Shown: positions 1 to 9,819, numbered from the stretch's first letter. The stretch: DNA of 64,000 bases from an uncultured Acidobacteriota bacterium (GCA_963713825.1 CAVQNG010000003.1:553794-617793), one strand, 5' to 3'. Notes: generated by a model not told the origin, from the sequence alone. Made by a program: numbers and translations.

Positions 1-850
1 GAATCCCAGTCAAGTTGATCTGGTGGAAACGTGAGCGACCCCGCCGATCGACCTCCTCGATCTCGGCCTCCTCGAGGTCGTAGTCGGACTTCGCGAACCG
101 ATGCAGCTGCTCCAGAACCTGTGGGTCGTCTTTGGGTAGCAGGCGTTCCAGCGTGGCACCCACGAGCTGTGATGGTGACTCCAGTCCGACCATGAAGGAG
201 AGCGCACTGTTGCATTCCGCGAAGTGTCCGTGCTCGTAGAGAAATTCGACCTGCTCGGCCAGGGGCAACGAGACCGGCATCGGCTCGTCGAGCTCCAGGC
301 GCCAGATTCCCTCGGCGCTGTGAGCCAGGAAGTCGCGATAGCGCTCCTCGCTGGCCCTCAACGCGGCTTCCGAGGCTCGGACCTCGGTCACGTCCAAAGC
401 CACCCCTACCGTTCCTATGACCGATCCGTCATCGTCCCGCAGAGGCTCCACCAGAGAGTGGAAGCTCTGTCCGCCCCACTCCAACTCGAAGGCGAGAGAC
501 TCGCCTGCGATCGCTTGGCGGTGGGCCACAATGGCCGGAAACTCCTCGTCATCCGTGCCGAAGTACTCGAAGATCGTTTGGCCGACCGCCTGATCCGGCT
601 GCAACCCGAGGCCCACCAGGGCGGCGCCCCGGCTCGAGGTGAACTCCAATTGGGCATCGGTGGTCCAGACAACGGCTGGGAGCTGCTCGAGCATGACCCG
701 CAGCCGCGCCGCGTCGTGCTGAAGCGTCTGTTCGACCTCCAGCAGTCTGTCCCTCTCGCGGCGCAATCGACGGAACTGCGCGACTGCCCAACCGACGGCG
801 CCCAGGGCGAGAGCCAGGGAAAGAGCCGCCAAAGCGAAGGAGCCTGTCAA
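1..850 (-). CDS. PAS/PAC-domain sensor protein with N-terminal TM helix; 3' end runs off the window edge. Start uncertain: TTG at 850 or 832, first ATG at 694.
   Basis: Manual minus-strand translation from ~850 to 1 is an unbroken frame (LTGSFALAALSLALALGAVGWAVAQF...MLEQLPAVVWTTDAQLEFTSSRGAALVGLGLQPDQAVGQTIFEYF...RASEERYRDFLAHSAEGIWRLELD...). It reads as a TM helix, a coiled coil and two PAS-like blocks. In-frame TAG upstream at ~877. It is absent from the ORF track because there is no in-window stop. Plus-strand ORF 224..955 is its antisense. Confidence 0.6.
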   Translation of the reverse strand, partial: MTGSFALAALSLALALGAVGWAVAQFRRLRRERDRLLEVEQTLQHDAARLRVMLEQLPAVVWTTDAQLEFTSSRGAALVGLGLQPDQAVGQTIFEYFGTDDEEFPAIVAHRQAIAGESLAFELEWGGQSFHSLVEPLRDDDGSVIGTVGVALDVTEVRASEAALRASEERYRDFLAHSAEGIWRLELDEPMPVSLPLAEQVEFLYEHGHFAECNSALSFMVGLESPSQLVGATLERLLPKDDPQVLEQLHRFAKSDYDLEEAEIEEVDRRGRSRFHQINLTGI

Positions 851-924
851 CGATGCCTCCAGAATCTCGAGCGTTTCCCGATCACGGCGATTGAAACTAT
901 CAGCTGGGTCTCCGGTGCGCTATC

Positions 925-1638
925 TCAGCTCTCAATGCCCAAGGCTGCCAACTGAGCTCTCGCCTGACCCTGCCAATCGCGATTGGCCGCCGGGCTCGCC
1001 GGACTTGGATGGAGGATTCCCGCCACCCGCACGTCGAGGCCCTCGAGAGCGCGTCTAGCGCTCGCCTCCGCGAACCGGCCGACGCCGATGACCCATGTCG
1101 GGTCGAGCTCCTGAACGGAGAGCCGCAGCGCTTCGTCACAGGCTTTCAATAGGGGGGCTCGCTCTCTCGCGGGTAATCGATCCGGCGTCCGATTGCGGCC
1201 ACTGGACTCGAGGAACATCAGCGGACAGTAATTGGCGATGAAGAAGCGTTCGAAGAAGCGCTCCGGCGTCTCGAAGCGCTCTTTCGCCCATCCCCAGACT
1301 CGCCGACCACTCACCTCACTCCTCGAACAGGCCAGACCTTCTACCGGTCGTTTCGGGTGCTCGGAGTCGGGGCGACCCACGGAACTTTCGATCGCCAGCC
1401 AGTCCTTGACGAAAGAGATCTCCCCGAAGGGGACTCCCGTCTGTGCCATGCCCCACGGGCCCGGGTTCATCCCCACCAGGACGACTTCCTTCGGACCCTG
1501 CCCGAAGCGCCGCAGGTACTCCCGATGCGCCGGCCAGGCGTAGTCGAGCGGGTCGTAGACGTGAGTCACCGGTGCAGCGAACCGGAGTGGGCGCAAAGCC
1601 GCCGAGAGGTTCTTCGCAACAGCAGGTAGACCAGACAC
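925..1638 (-). CDS. SMUG1-family (family 3) uracil-DNA glycosylase
   Basis: Motifs GMNPGPWGMAQTGVPFG and HPSPASP match the SMUG1 signatures GMNPGPFG / HPSPRN. Confidence 0.8.
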   Translation of the reverse strand: MSGLPAVAKNLSAALRPLRFAAPVTHVYDPLDYAWPAHREYLRRFGQGPKEVVLVGMNPGPWGMAQTGVPFGEISFVKDWLAIESSVGRPDSEHPKRPVEGLACSRSEVSGRRVWGWAKERFETPERFFERFFIANYCPLMFLESSGRNRTPDRLPARERAPLLKACDEALRLSVQELDPTWVIGVGRFAEASARRALEGLDVRVAGILHPSPASPAANRDWQGQARAQLAALGIES

Positions 1639-1654
1639 GCGGCGCCCTCTCCGA

Positions 1655-2194
1655 CTACCCGTGCGCGGTCACCATGTTGGCCAGGAGCTCTGCCGGATCG
1701 ACCCCCATGGCCAGAGCGACCTTTTCGAGCACATCGCCGAAGCGTTCCGGGTCGAGTACCACAAAGAGCCCGACCGCTTCGGCCAACGGCTCGCCACCCT
1801 CGTCGAGCAGCCTGCCACGAGTTGTCACCTTTCTACCGGTCGCCTCTTCGACCCACGCTTCCAGGAGGGCGTCCGTTCCCAGGGGAATCATTCTCGAGAA
1901 ATCGACCTCGAGATGTGCCGCCACCGAGGCGTAGCCACTCGACCAGGCTGCGACCCCCATGGCCTCATCGAGGACGGCAGCAATGCTGCCACCGTGCGCA
2001 TGGCTCGGTGGACCGGCCGCTCCCGGTCCAAACCAGGCCCGACCCACGACCGCACGATCGCCCCGTCGTTTGAAGTACTGGACCCGCAAGAGACCGCTCT
2101 TTGGCTTGCCGCTGACGAAGGACCTCTGTCCTCCTTCCAGAGCGAGAGCCACGAACGGCTCCCAATCGGGCTCCGCTACCACTTCGGGTGGCAT
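1655..2194 (-). CDS. PaaI/hotdog-fold acyl-CoA thioesterase. Track ORF extends to 2284; the start at MPPEVV (2194) is preferred.
   Basis: HAHGGSIAAVLDEAMG motif typical of PaaI-type thioesterases. The extended start would overlap divergent gene 2269..4722. Confidence 0.65.
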   Translation of the reverse strand: MPPEVVAEPDWEPFVALALEGGQRSFVSGKPKSGLLRVQYFKRRGDRAVVGRAWFGPGAAGPPSHAHGGSIAAVLDEAMGVAAWSSGYASVAAHLEVDFSRMIPLGTDALLEAWVEEATGRKVTTRGRLLDEGGEPLAEAVGLFVVLDPERFGDVLEKVALAMGVDPAELLANMVTAHG

Positions 2195-2268
2195 CTCGGA
2201 GAGGCCCACTTCACTCTTCGTACCGCGTCGATTTTCCACCGCTATAATCCCTGCAGGATATCGCCGAC

Positions 2269-4722
2269 ATGAGGCCATCTCCACCCCCCTCGCCCTCCCT
2301 GACTCAGGCCGAGCATTGGTTCAGAATCTTAGCTGAAACCATGCCGGTGGCCATCTTCGTCCACCGCGAGAAACTGCTCTATGTAAACCCGGCCGCCGAG
2401 GCGATGACCGGGTACTCGGCCCCCGAGTTGATGGACATGGGCTTGCACGATCTAGCCAAGCCTCTGTCCACCAGCGATAACGGGTCCACGGCACGCTCTC
2501 TTCCCGAAGACGAAGCAGAAATCTGGAAACTCCGCCGCAAGGACGGGCAGGAGCGCTGGATTCGGCTGACCTCCGGATACGTCGAGCTCGACTGGCAGCC
2601 AGCCACCCTGGTCACGGCCTTCGACGTGACCGTCCAGGAGCAGTCGGCCATCGCGCTCCACGACGTTCGGCAGCGGCTTGCATTTGCCCAACAGGCTGCC
2701 CGGTCGGTGACCTGGGAATGGGACCCCGACAACGACGCCCTGACAACGTCTGAGCTCATCGATCAGGTTTTTGGTTTGCCCCTGCACGACCAGATCACCA
2801 GTGGTCGCGGATTCCTGGAGCTCGTTCACCCGGAGGATCAACCGAGTCTGGAACAAGCGCTGCTGCGCCTGATCAAAGGCGAGGACGAGAACCTGTCTGT
2901 CGACATCCGCTGCCTGTCGCCTCGCGGCGAGATCCGTTGGCTGGCCGAGAGAGCGGTCGCGATGCGCCATCCGTCGGGTCGCGTGCAGCGGGTCATTGGC
3001 GTCGCGCACGACATTACCGAGCGAAAGATCGCTGAGAACGCCCTATTCCAGGAAAAGGAACGGGCCTTTGTCACGCTAGCCTCGATCGCCGATGGGGTCA
3101 TTCGGACCGATGCCCGGGGCATCATCGACTACCTCAACCCAGTCGCCCAGAAGCTCACGGGGTGGACCCTCGAGGAGGCGTACGGCCAAGAGGCCGAGGC
3201 GGTCTATCGAGTGGTCGACGAGGCGACCGGTAAGAAGGTCCTCGACCCGGTCCACCACTGCCTGGAAGAGCGCCGGGAGGTCGCCTTCCTCGGCCAACGT
3301 CTCCTGGTCCGCAGGGATGGAAGCACGTTTCCCATCCATGACTCGGCCGCACCGATTCGCAACCAGGAAGGCAAGGTCATCGGCTCGATCCTGGTCTTCA
3401 AAGACCTGACCCAGGTGCGTCGCGTGGAAGACGAAATGGAGCACCTGGCCAGCCACGACCCGCTGACCGGCCTGATCAATCGTCGCGAGTTCGAGCGCCA
3501 GCTCCGTCAGACCTTGCAGGCTCGCGACGGACTGGGTGGCAGACACGCACTGTGTCAGCTGGATCTCGACGCGTTCAAGTTGGTGAACGAGACCTGTGGC
3601 CACACCGCGGGGGACCAGTTGATCCGGAAAATCGCCTCGGTCATCGAGGACCGGGTCCGACAACAGGACGTCCTGGCGCGCCTCGGTGGCGACGAGTTCG
3701 GCATCCTCTTTCGAGACTGTCCCTCGGAGGAAGCTGAGAAGCGCGCCAAGGAGATCGGCGAAGCCATACACAGCTTTCGCTTCCATTGGGGCGGCCGCAC
3801 CTTCACCAACCGGGTCAGCGGCGGTTTGGCACCGCTTTCCACCTCACACTCCGGGGCGGACGCGCTGCTGAGTGCCGCCGATGCTGCCTGTTTCGTGGCT
3901 AAAGACAAAGGCGGTGGAACCATCCACATCTATCAGCCTGGCGACCGCGAGATTGCCGAACGGTATGGCGAGATGCAGTGGATCTCACGCCTCCAAAAGG
4001 CCCTCGACGAGGACCGCTTCAGGCTCTATCACCAGATCATCAAACCGCTTGGCGCGAGCAATAGCGAACCGCCCTTGAGCGAGCTCTTCATTCGATTGAT
4101 CGACGAGGAGGGCAAGCTCGTCTATCCGGGATCTTTCATCCCTGCAGCCGAGCGGTACGGGTTGATTCCAACAATCGACCGCTGGGTCCTGCGCACCGCT
4201 CTGCATCTGCTGGCGGACGGCGGCAAAACCGTCATCGCTGACAACAGCCGCTTTGCCATCAACCTCTCGGGTCTCAGCCTCGGTGCCGAAGGCTTTCTCG
4301 ACTTCGTCGTCGATGAGCTCGACAAGACCAGGATTCCACCCGACCGGGTCTTCTTCGAAATCACGGAGACCTCCGCCATCGCCAATCTGCCAACGGCCAT
4401 GCGCTTCATCTCGGTGTTGAAGGGCATGGGTTGCCGCTTCGTACTGGACGATTTCGGGCAGGGCTTAAGCTCGTTCGGCTATCTGAAGAATCTCCCCCTG
4501 GACTTCCTCAAGATCGACGGCGGCTTCGTGAGAGAAATGGTCGCCGACCCGATCCAGGCGGCGCTCGTGGCTTCGATCCACGAGATTGGCGAAGTGATGG
4601 GCCTTGGCACCATTGCCGAGTCGGTCGAAGACGAAGCTACACTCGAGGCGCTGCGCCAGATCGGAGTCGATTACGTTCAGGGGTACCTTTTCCAGCGGCC
4701 ACGGCCGCTGAGCAAAAGCTAG
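2269..4722 (+). CDS. PAS-PAS-GGDEF-EAL signalling protein (diguanylate cyclase/phosphodiesterase)
   Basis: Two PAS blocks, RLGGDEFGILF (GGDEF) and EAL-domain motifs (FEITETSAIAN, DDFGQG, KIDGGFV). Confidence 0.9.
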   Translation: MRPSPPPSPSLTQAEHWFRILAETMPVAIFVHREKLLYVNPAAEAMTGYSAPELMDMGLHDLAKPLSTSDNGSTARSLPEDEAEIWKLRRKDGQERWIRLTSGYVELDWQPATLVTAFDVTVQEQSAIALHDVRQRLAFAQQAARSVTWEWDPDNDALTTSELIDQVFGLPLHDQITSGRGFLELVHPEDQPSLEQALLRLIKGEDENLSVDIRCLSPRGEIRWLAERAVAMRHPSGRVQRVIGVAHDITERKIAENALFQEKERAFVTLASIADGVIRTDARGIIDYLNPVAQKLTGWTLEEAYGQEAEAVYRVVDEATGKKVLDPVHHCLEERREVAFLGQRLLVRRDGSTFPIHDSAAPIRNQEGKVIGSILVFKDLTQVRRVEDEMEHLASHDPLTGLINRREFERQLRQTLQARDGLGGRHALCQLDLDAFKLVNETCGHTAGDQLIRKIASVIEDRVRQQDVLARLGGDEFGILFRDCPSEEAEKRAKEIGEAIHSFRFHWGGRTFTNRVSGGLAPLSTSHSGADALLSAADAACFVAKDKGGGTIHIYQPGDREIAERYGEMQWISRLQKALDEDRFRLYHQIIKPLGASNSEPPLSELFIRLIDEEGKLVYPGSFIPAAERYGLIPTIDRWVLRTALHLLADGGKTVIADNSRFAINLSGLSLGAEGFLDFVVDELDKTRIPPDRVFFEITETSAIANLPTAMRFISVLKGMGCRFVLDDFGQGLSSFGYLKNLPLDFLKIDGGFVREMVADPIQAALVASIHEIGEVMGLGTIAESVEDEATLEALRQIGVDYVQGYLFQRPRPLSKS

Positions 4723-4870
4723 TGACTCTCGAGCCGACCGACACCCCTGTACCTCGGCCCAGCAGAGGTCTGACCTGCAGTCTTGCTGATATATTGAAAG
4801 TCTCCGAAACGGCGGCCGGTTCGGGCCCCGTGAGCCCGAAGTCCGACCAATAGAAGAAAGGCCAAATCCG

Positions 4871-6718
4871 ATGAGATTTACCTCGCCCCAAAAAGCTCCG
4901 CCTACCTCGAACCCGAAATTGCTGGCCTGGGTCGAGAGAGTCATCGACCTCTGCAACCCGGGCAAGGTCTGGTGGTGTGATGGATCGACCGAGGAGTATG
5001 ACGAGTTGGCCCAGATCATGACCGAGACTGGAACGGCTCGATGGCTGGACCAGGAGTTGCGTCCCAATTCGCTCTATGTGCGCTCAGATCCGGCCGATGT
5101 GGCCCGCGTCGAAGACCGCACATTCATCTGTTCCCAGCGTCATGAGGATGCTGGACCGACGAACAACTGGGGTGATCCTGCGGAGATGAAGGCCCACCTG
5201 CGAGGCCTCTACGACAGCTGTATGGAAGGCAGGACGATGTTTGTCATTCCCTACTCCATGGGCCCCATCGGCAGCCCCATCGCCAGAATCGGCATCGTCA
5301 TTACCGACTCGCCCTACGTCGTCTGCAACATGCACATCATGGCTCGTGTGGGCACGAAGGTCCTGGAGGCACTCGGCGACGGTGAAGACTTCGTTCGCGG
5401 GATCCACTCGGTGGGATACCCCTTGGACAGCCAGAAGAAGCCCGATCAGCCCTGGCCCTGTAACGCCGACAACAAATACATCTGCCACTTTCCCGAGACC
5501 CGGGAGATCTGGTCCTACGGCTCCGGCTACGGCGGCAACGCTCTGCTCGGCAAGAAGTGCCACGCGCTGCGCATCGCCTCGGTCCAAGCGCGCGATGAAG
5601 GTTGGCTGGCCGAGCACATGCTGATTCTCAAGCTCACCAACCCGCAAGGGCAATCCAAGTTCGTCGCGGCGGCCTTCCCATCAGCCTGCGGCAAGACCAA
5701 TCTCGCGATGATGAATCCCACGCTGCCGGGCTGGAAAGTGGAGACCGTGGGCGACGACATCGCCTGGATGAAGTTCGGTGACGACGGCCGGCTCTACGCC
5801 ATCAATCCCGAGGCCGGCTTCTTCGGTGTAGCACCCGGCACCAGCATGCACTCGAACCCGAATGCCATGCTGTCGCTGGCCAAGAACAGCATCTTCACCA
5901 ACTGCGCCCTGACTCGGGAAGGTGACGTCTATTGGGAGGACATGCTAGACGAGAAGCCTGCCTTCCTCGTCGACTGGCTGCGCCGCCCATGGACATCGGA
6001 AAGCAAGCGGTCGGCCGCCCATCCCAACGCCCGTTTCACCGCTCCGGCCAGTCAGTGCCCAGTCATCGCGGACGAGTGGGAGGATCCGGCCGGAGTGCCG
6101 ATCGACGCCATTCTCTTCGGTGGACGCCGGGCAAAGGTCGTGCCACTGGTGACCGAGGCCTTGGGTTGGGAGCACGGCACCTTCCTGGGATCGATCATGG
6201 CGTCGGAAAAGACAGCCGCCGCCTCGGGCAGAGTTGGCGTCGTACGCCGAGATCCCATGGCCATGCTGCCGTTCTGCGGCTACCACATGGGTGACTACTT
6301 CGCCCACTGGCTCGAAGTCGGAGCCAAAGGGGGTGCCGAAGGCAAGAGTGAATGGGGATCGATGCCGCGGATCTTCTACGTCAACTGGTTCCGCAAGGAT
6401 GAGGACGGCAACTTCCTGTGGCCCGGCTTCGGTGAGAACAGTCGCGTTCTCAAGTGGGTCTTCGAGCGCTGCAACGACGAGGGCGATGTCCAGGAGAGCT
6501 TCATCGGCCTCCATCCGACCGCCGGTGGTCTGGACCTGGAAGGTCTCGACATCTCACAGGAGGACCTCGATCAGCTACTCGCAGTCGATGCCGAAGACTG
6601 GCGGCGAGAGGTCACGCTGCTGCACGACCACTACTTCCAGTTCGGTGATCACCTGCCGAAGGCCCTCGCCGATCAGCTGGCCGAGCTCGAGAGCGTGCTC
6701 AAGGCGATGACGGACTGA
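4871..6718 (+). CDS. pckG: Phosphoenolpyruvate carboxykinase (GTP)
   Basis: Full-length match to GTP-PEPCK architecture (N-terminal RFTSPQ..., kinase motifs [35 protein letters not shown]). Confidence 0.95.
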   Translation: MRFTSPQKAPPTSNPKLLAWVERVIDLCNPGKVWWCDGSTEEYDELAQIMTETGTARWLDQELRPNSLYVRSDPADVARVEDRTFICSQRHEDAGPTNNWGDPAEMKAHLRGLYDSCMEGRTMFVIPYSMGPIGSPIARIGIVITDSPYVVCNMHIMARVGTKVLEALGDGEDFVRGIHSVGYPLDSQKKPDQPWPCNADNKYICHFPETREIWSYGSGYGGNALLGKKCHALRIASVQARDEGWLAEHMLILKLTNPQGQSKFVAAAFPSACGKTNLAMMNPTLPGWKVETVGDDIAWMKFGDDGRLYAINPEAGFFGVAPGTSMHSNPNAMLSLAKNSIFTNCALTREGDVYWEDMLDEKPAFLVDWLRRPWTSESKRSAAHPNARFTAPASQCPVIADEWEDPAGVPIDAILFGGRRAKVVPLVTEALGWEHGTFLGSIMASEKTAAASGRVGVVRRDPMAMLPFCGYHMGDYFAHWLEVGAKGGAEGKSEWGSMPRIFYVNWFRKDEDGNFLWPGFGENSRVLKWVFERCNDEGDVQESFIGLHPTAGGLDLEGLDISQEDLDQLLAVDAEDWRREVTLLHDHYFQFGDHLPKALADQLAELESVLKAMTD

Positions 6719-6797
6719 CTCGACGTGGCCTGGCCTCCAGGTCACTTGTGAATCAACGAACGACCCAATTGCGATACGTTGAGCGAGGAGAACCAAC

Positions 6798-8426
6798 GTG
6801 GACATCGAAGGTAGCAAGGTACTCGTCCTGGGCGGCTATGGCCTGGTGGGGATGGCGGTCTGCCGGGAGTTGTTGGAGCACAAGCCGCGAGAGATCCAGA
6901 TCCACAGCCTGCGGCAGGAAGAATCGGCAGAGGCTCGTGAGCTGCTGACGCCGTTTGCGGAAGGCGTCAAGCTCTCGATCTCGAGTGGCGACATCTTCGG
7001 ACTTGCCGAAGAAGCCTCCAGAATAGAGCGCATCGCGGCTCAGCTGAGCCCCCTTCGCGACTCGGATTGGGGAAGGTTCCTGCTGTACCGGTTGCTGGTC
7101 GATGGCAAGCCGGACATCGTGATCGATTCCGTCAACACCGCGACTGGCATCGCTTACAGGGACGTCTATTCGGCCTCGGCAAAGGTGCTGAAAAGCCTGG
7201 AAGCCGGCAGCTCGCAGTGCGATCAGGTCGAGGATCTGCTCGAAGCCCTCTATGTGCCGCGACTGATCCGCCACATGCAGCTCCTGTATGGAGGCATGAT
7301 CGACGCCGGTACTCGTGCCTATTTCAAGGTGGGGACCAGCGGCACGGGTGGCATGGGCCTCAATGTTCCCTACACCCATTCCGAAGAGAAGCCGAGCCGT
7401 GTTCTGCTCTCCAAGAGCGCCATGGCGGGAGCCCAGTCCATGTTGCTGTTTCTCATGGCCCGCACGCCGGGAGCTCCCATCACCAAGGAGATCAAGCCGG
7501 CGGCCGCTATCGCCTGGAAGAAGATCGACCACGGGCCCATCTACCGTGGACGAAAGCCCATCTACATCATGGAGGCCACCCCCCAGACCCTGGGCGAAAC
7601 CTTCTCAACCAACGATCCGACGGCAGCCAAGGCCACCGAGAGCATTCTCGAGACGGCCTACATCGATACCGGTGAGAACGGCATCTTCAGCGTCGAGGAG
7701 TTCGCGATGCTCACCACGTCTCGACAGATGGAGTTCGTGACGCCCGAAGAGATCGCTCAGTACCTCATCTTCGAGATCGGCGGGGGCAACACGGGGCACG
7801 ACGTCATCAACGCACTGGACAACGCGGTACTGGGTCCCACCTATCGGGCCGGTCTCATGCGCCATTGGGCTCTGGAACGAATGATGGAGTTCGAAGCGCA
7901 GGGCAAAACCAAGAGCGTCGCTTTCGAGATGCTGGGGCCGCCACGCAACACCAAGCTGCTCTTCGAGGCTCACCTCCTCCGAGAGGCGTTCGTCACGATG
8001 ACGGCTGTTCGCGAAGCGACCCCGGACGAAGTTGTCGAGAAGATAGAAACGATGCTTCGGGAAGAGCCGCGGCTTGCCAACGAAGTGGTCTCGGTTGGTA
8101 TTCCCATCCTCTTGTCTTCAGGCGAGATCCTGCGGGGCCAGGAGGTCATCGTGCCAGCCGAGGCGGACCACGAGCCGATCACCCCCGAGAAGCTGGAAGC
8201 CTGGGTGCACGACGGGTGGGTCGACTTGCGGCGCGAGAACTGCGCCAGTTGGATCGATCGGATGCAGCGTATCCACGACGACACGGCGGCCATTCCCAAG
8301 GACGACACCTCGAGTCGCCATTTGCGGAATGTCAGGTTCTGGGACGAGGAGAAGAGGATTCAGCCCGGCAAGATCCTGGGGTGGATTCTCTCAGTCGAGG
8401 AGCACGGCGCCCGCTTCAAGCACTGA
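6798..8426 (+). CDS. Uncharacterised 542-aa protein with N-terminal Rossmann NAD(P)-binding fold
   Basis: GTG start with GAGGAG RBS 7 nt upstream. VLVLGGYGLVG glycine-rich dinucleotide-binding motif. The rest matches no family I recognise. Same strand, 80 nt downstream of pckG. Confidence 0.7.
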   Translation: MDIEGSKVLVLGGYGLVGMAVCRELLEHKPREIQIHSLRQEESAEARELLTPFAEGVKLSISSGDIFGLAEEASRIERIAAQLSPLRDSDWGRFLLYRLLVDGKPDIVIDSVNTATGIAYRDVYSASAKVLKSLEAGSSQCDQVEDLLEALYVPRLIRHMQLLYGGMIDAGTRAYFKVGTSGTGGMGLNVPYTHSEEKPSRVLLSKSAMAGAQSMLLFLMARTPGAPITKEIKPAAAIAWKKIDHGPIYRGRKPIYIMEATPQTLGETFSTNDPTAAKATESILETAYIDTGENGIFSVEEFAMLTTSRQMEFVTPEEIAQYLIFEIGGGNTGHDVINALDNAVLGPTYRAGLMRHWALERMMEFEAQGKTKSVAFEMLGPPRNTKLLFEAHLLREAFVTMTAVREATPDEVVEKIETMLREEPRLANEVVSVGIPILLSSGEILRGQEVIVPAEADHEPITPEKLEAWVHDGWVDLRRENCASWIDRMQRIHDDTAAIPKDDTSSRHLRNVRFWDEEKRIQPGKILGWILSVEEHGARFKH

Positions 8427-8600
8427 TCCCACCCGCCCTCCCGAGGGTTGAGGCGGCCGGGCGTACCTTCCGGCCGATCTTTGAGGGCCTGGGGGTTGAA
8501 GCGGCTGGACTTTGTCCGTCCGGTCTCTGGGGCAGTGGGGCGCAGGTGGTGTTGGGCCCGGCCTCCCCTAAGCCCTTAAGCCCTTACCCCCCTCCCGAAA
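8427..8600. repeat. Composite GC-rich intergenic repeat (family member 1 of >=9)
   Basis: Contains GGTTGAGGCGGCCGG, hairpin CGGCCGGGCGTACCTTCCGGCCG, TGAGGGCCTGGGGGTTGAAGCGG and CCTAAGCCCTTAAGCCCTTACCCCC. The same modules recur at 9820, 14181, 33100, 44391, 52059, 56740, 57840 and 63040. The last codons of the radical SAM gene are encoded by the repeat. Confidence 0.8.
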
Positions 8601-9692
8601 GTCGCTGAGGCGGACGGGTAGCCGGCGTGCACCCCAATCCCCCGGGCTGCCATCGAAGCGTCCCGCACATGGCGTGCCACAGGCGCGGCAACTGCCGTCT
8701 GCCGTCAGTCGCCAATCGTTCAAGACATACCAGTCACGACCGATGAGCCTCTCGCCACACTCGTGGCAATAGGTACTGCCGCCTTCGTGGTCGTGAACGT
8801 TGCCGGTGTAGACATAGCGAACACCGTTGCCCATCGCGATGCGTCGAGCTCCGCTCAGCGTCTGATGCGGCGTCGGCGCGCGGTCCATCATCTTCCAGTC
8901 GGGGTGAAAAGCGGTGAAATGCATCGGCACGTCTCGGCCCAGTTTGTCCACCACCCAGCGCGACATCGCGTCGATCTCTTCGGGTGAGTCGTTTTCGCCT
9001 GGGATCAGCAGCGTGGTGATCTCGAACCAGACATCCGTTTCGTGCTGCAAGTAGACCAGGGTTTCGAGGACAGGCTGTAGGTGTGAGCCGCAGATCTCCC
9101 GATAGAACGATTCGGTGAAGGCCTTGAGGTCGACATTGGCGGCATCCATGTGGCGGTAGAACTCCTCGCGCGGCTCGGCACAGACCTCTCCTGCCGTTAC
9201 CGCCACGGCCTGGATGTCGAGCTCATGACAGGCCTGGGCAACATCGATCGCGTACTCGTGGAAGATGACCGGGTCGTTGTAGGTGAAGGCGACGCTGCGG
9301 CAGCCCAGTTCTCTTGCTGCTCGGGCGATGGTCTCCGGAGCTGCCTGATCGGCCAGGGTGTCGAACTGCCGGGACTTGGAGATGTCCCAGTTCTGGCAGA
9401 AACGGCAGGCCAAGTTGCAGCCCGCCGTTCCGAACGACAGCACCGGGGTGCCCGGAAAGAAGTGGTTCAGGGGCTTCTTCTCGATGGGATCCACACAGAA
9501 GCCACTCGAGCGACCGTAGGTAGTGAGAACCACCTCTCCGTCCAGGCAGCCACGTACGAAGCACAGCCCACGCTGTCCCTCACGGAGCTTGCAGAAACGG
9601 GGGCACAGATCGCACTGCACCCGGCCATCTTCGAGCTCATGCCAATAGCGAGTCGAAACGACGCTGGCGTCACGAGTGATGGGTACGTCCAT
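8568..9692 (-). CDS. Radical SAM enzyme, AmmeMemoRadiSam-system type (PFL-activase-like Cx3Cx2C)
   Basis: N-terminal RYWHELEDGRVQCDLCPRFCKLREGQRGLCFVR and CNLACRFCQNW cluster. C-terminal CHECG...CRACGTPC zinc-ribbon-like motif. Confidence 0.75.
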   Translation of the reverse strand: MDVPITRDASVVSTRYWHELEDGRVQCDLCPRFCKLREGQRGLCFVRGCLDGEVVLTTYGRSSGFCVDPIEKKPLNHFFPGTPVLSFGTAGCNLACRFCQNWDISKSRQFDTLADQAAPETIARAARELGCRSVAFTYNDPVIFHEYAIDVAQACHELDIQAVAVTAGEVCAEPREEFYRHMDAANVDLKAFTESFYREICGSHLQPVLETLVYLQHETDVWFEITTLLIPGENDSPEEIDAMSRWVVDKLGRDVPMHFTAFHPDWKMMDRAPTPHQTLSGARRIAMGNGVRYVYTGNVHDHEGGSTYCHECGERLIGRDWYVLNDWRLTADGSCRACGTPCAGRFDGSPGDWGARRLPVRLSDFREGGKGLRA

Positions 9693-9819
9693 GCCTGAGG
9701 CTTCCTCTCAATGCAACCAACCAAGACTGCACCGAATTCCAGTCAATGACGTACTTTCGGAGGTCCGTTGCGGGGCGTAGGAGCGTGAGGGATGGGCCCC
9801 CCACTGCTCAGAGAATCAG

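Noticed and set aside
224-955. 243-aa plus-strand ORF at the left edge
   Set aside because: It is the antisense of the manually translated PAS-sensor gene, has Arg/Leu/Gln-rich GC-frame composition and carries no motif.
3076-3786. 236-aa minus-strand ORF inside the GGDEF/EAL gene
   Set aside because: Antisense to a well-supported PAS-GGDEF-EAL frame.
6753-7532. 259-aa minus-strand ORF
   Set aside because: Antisense to the 542-aa Rossmann protein gene, which has an RBS and the GxGxxG motif.
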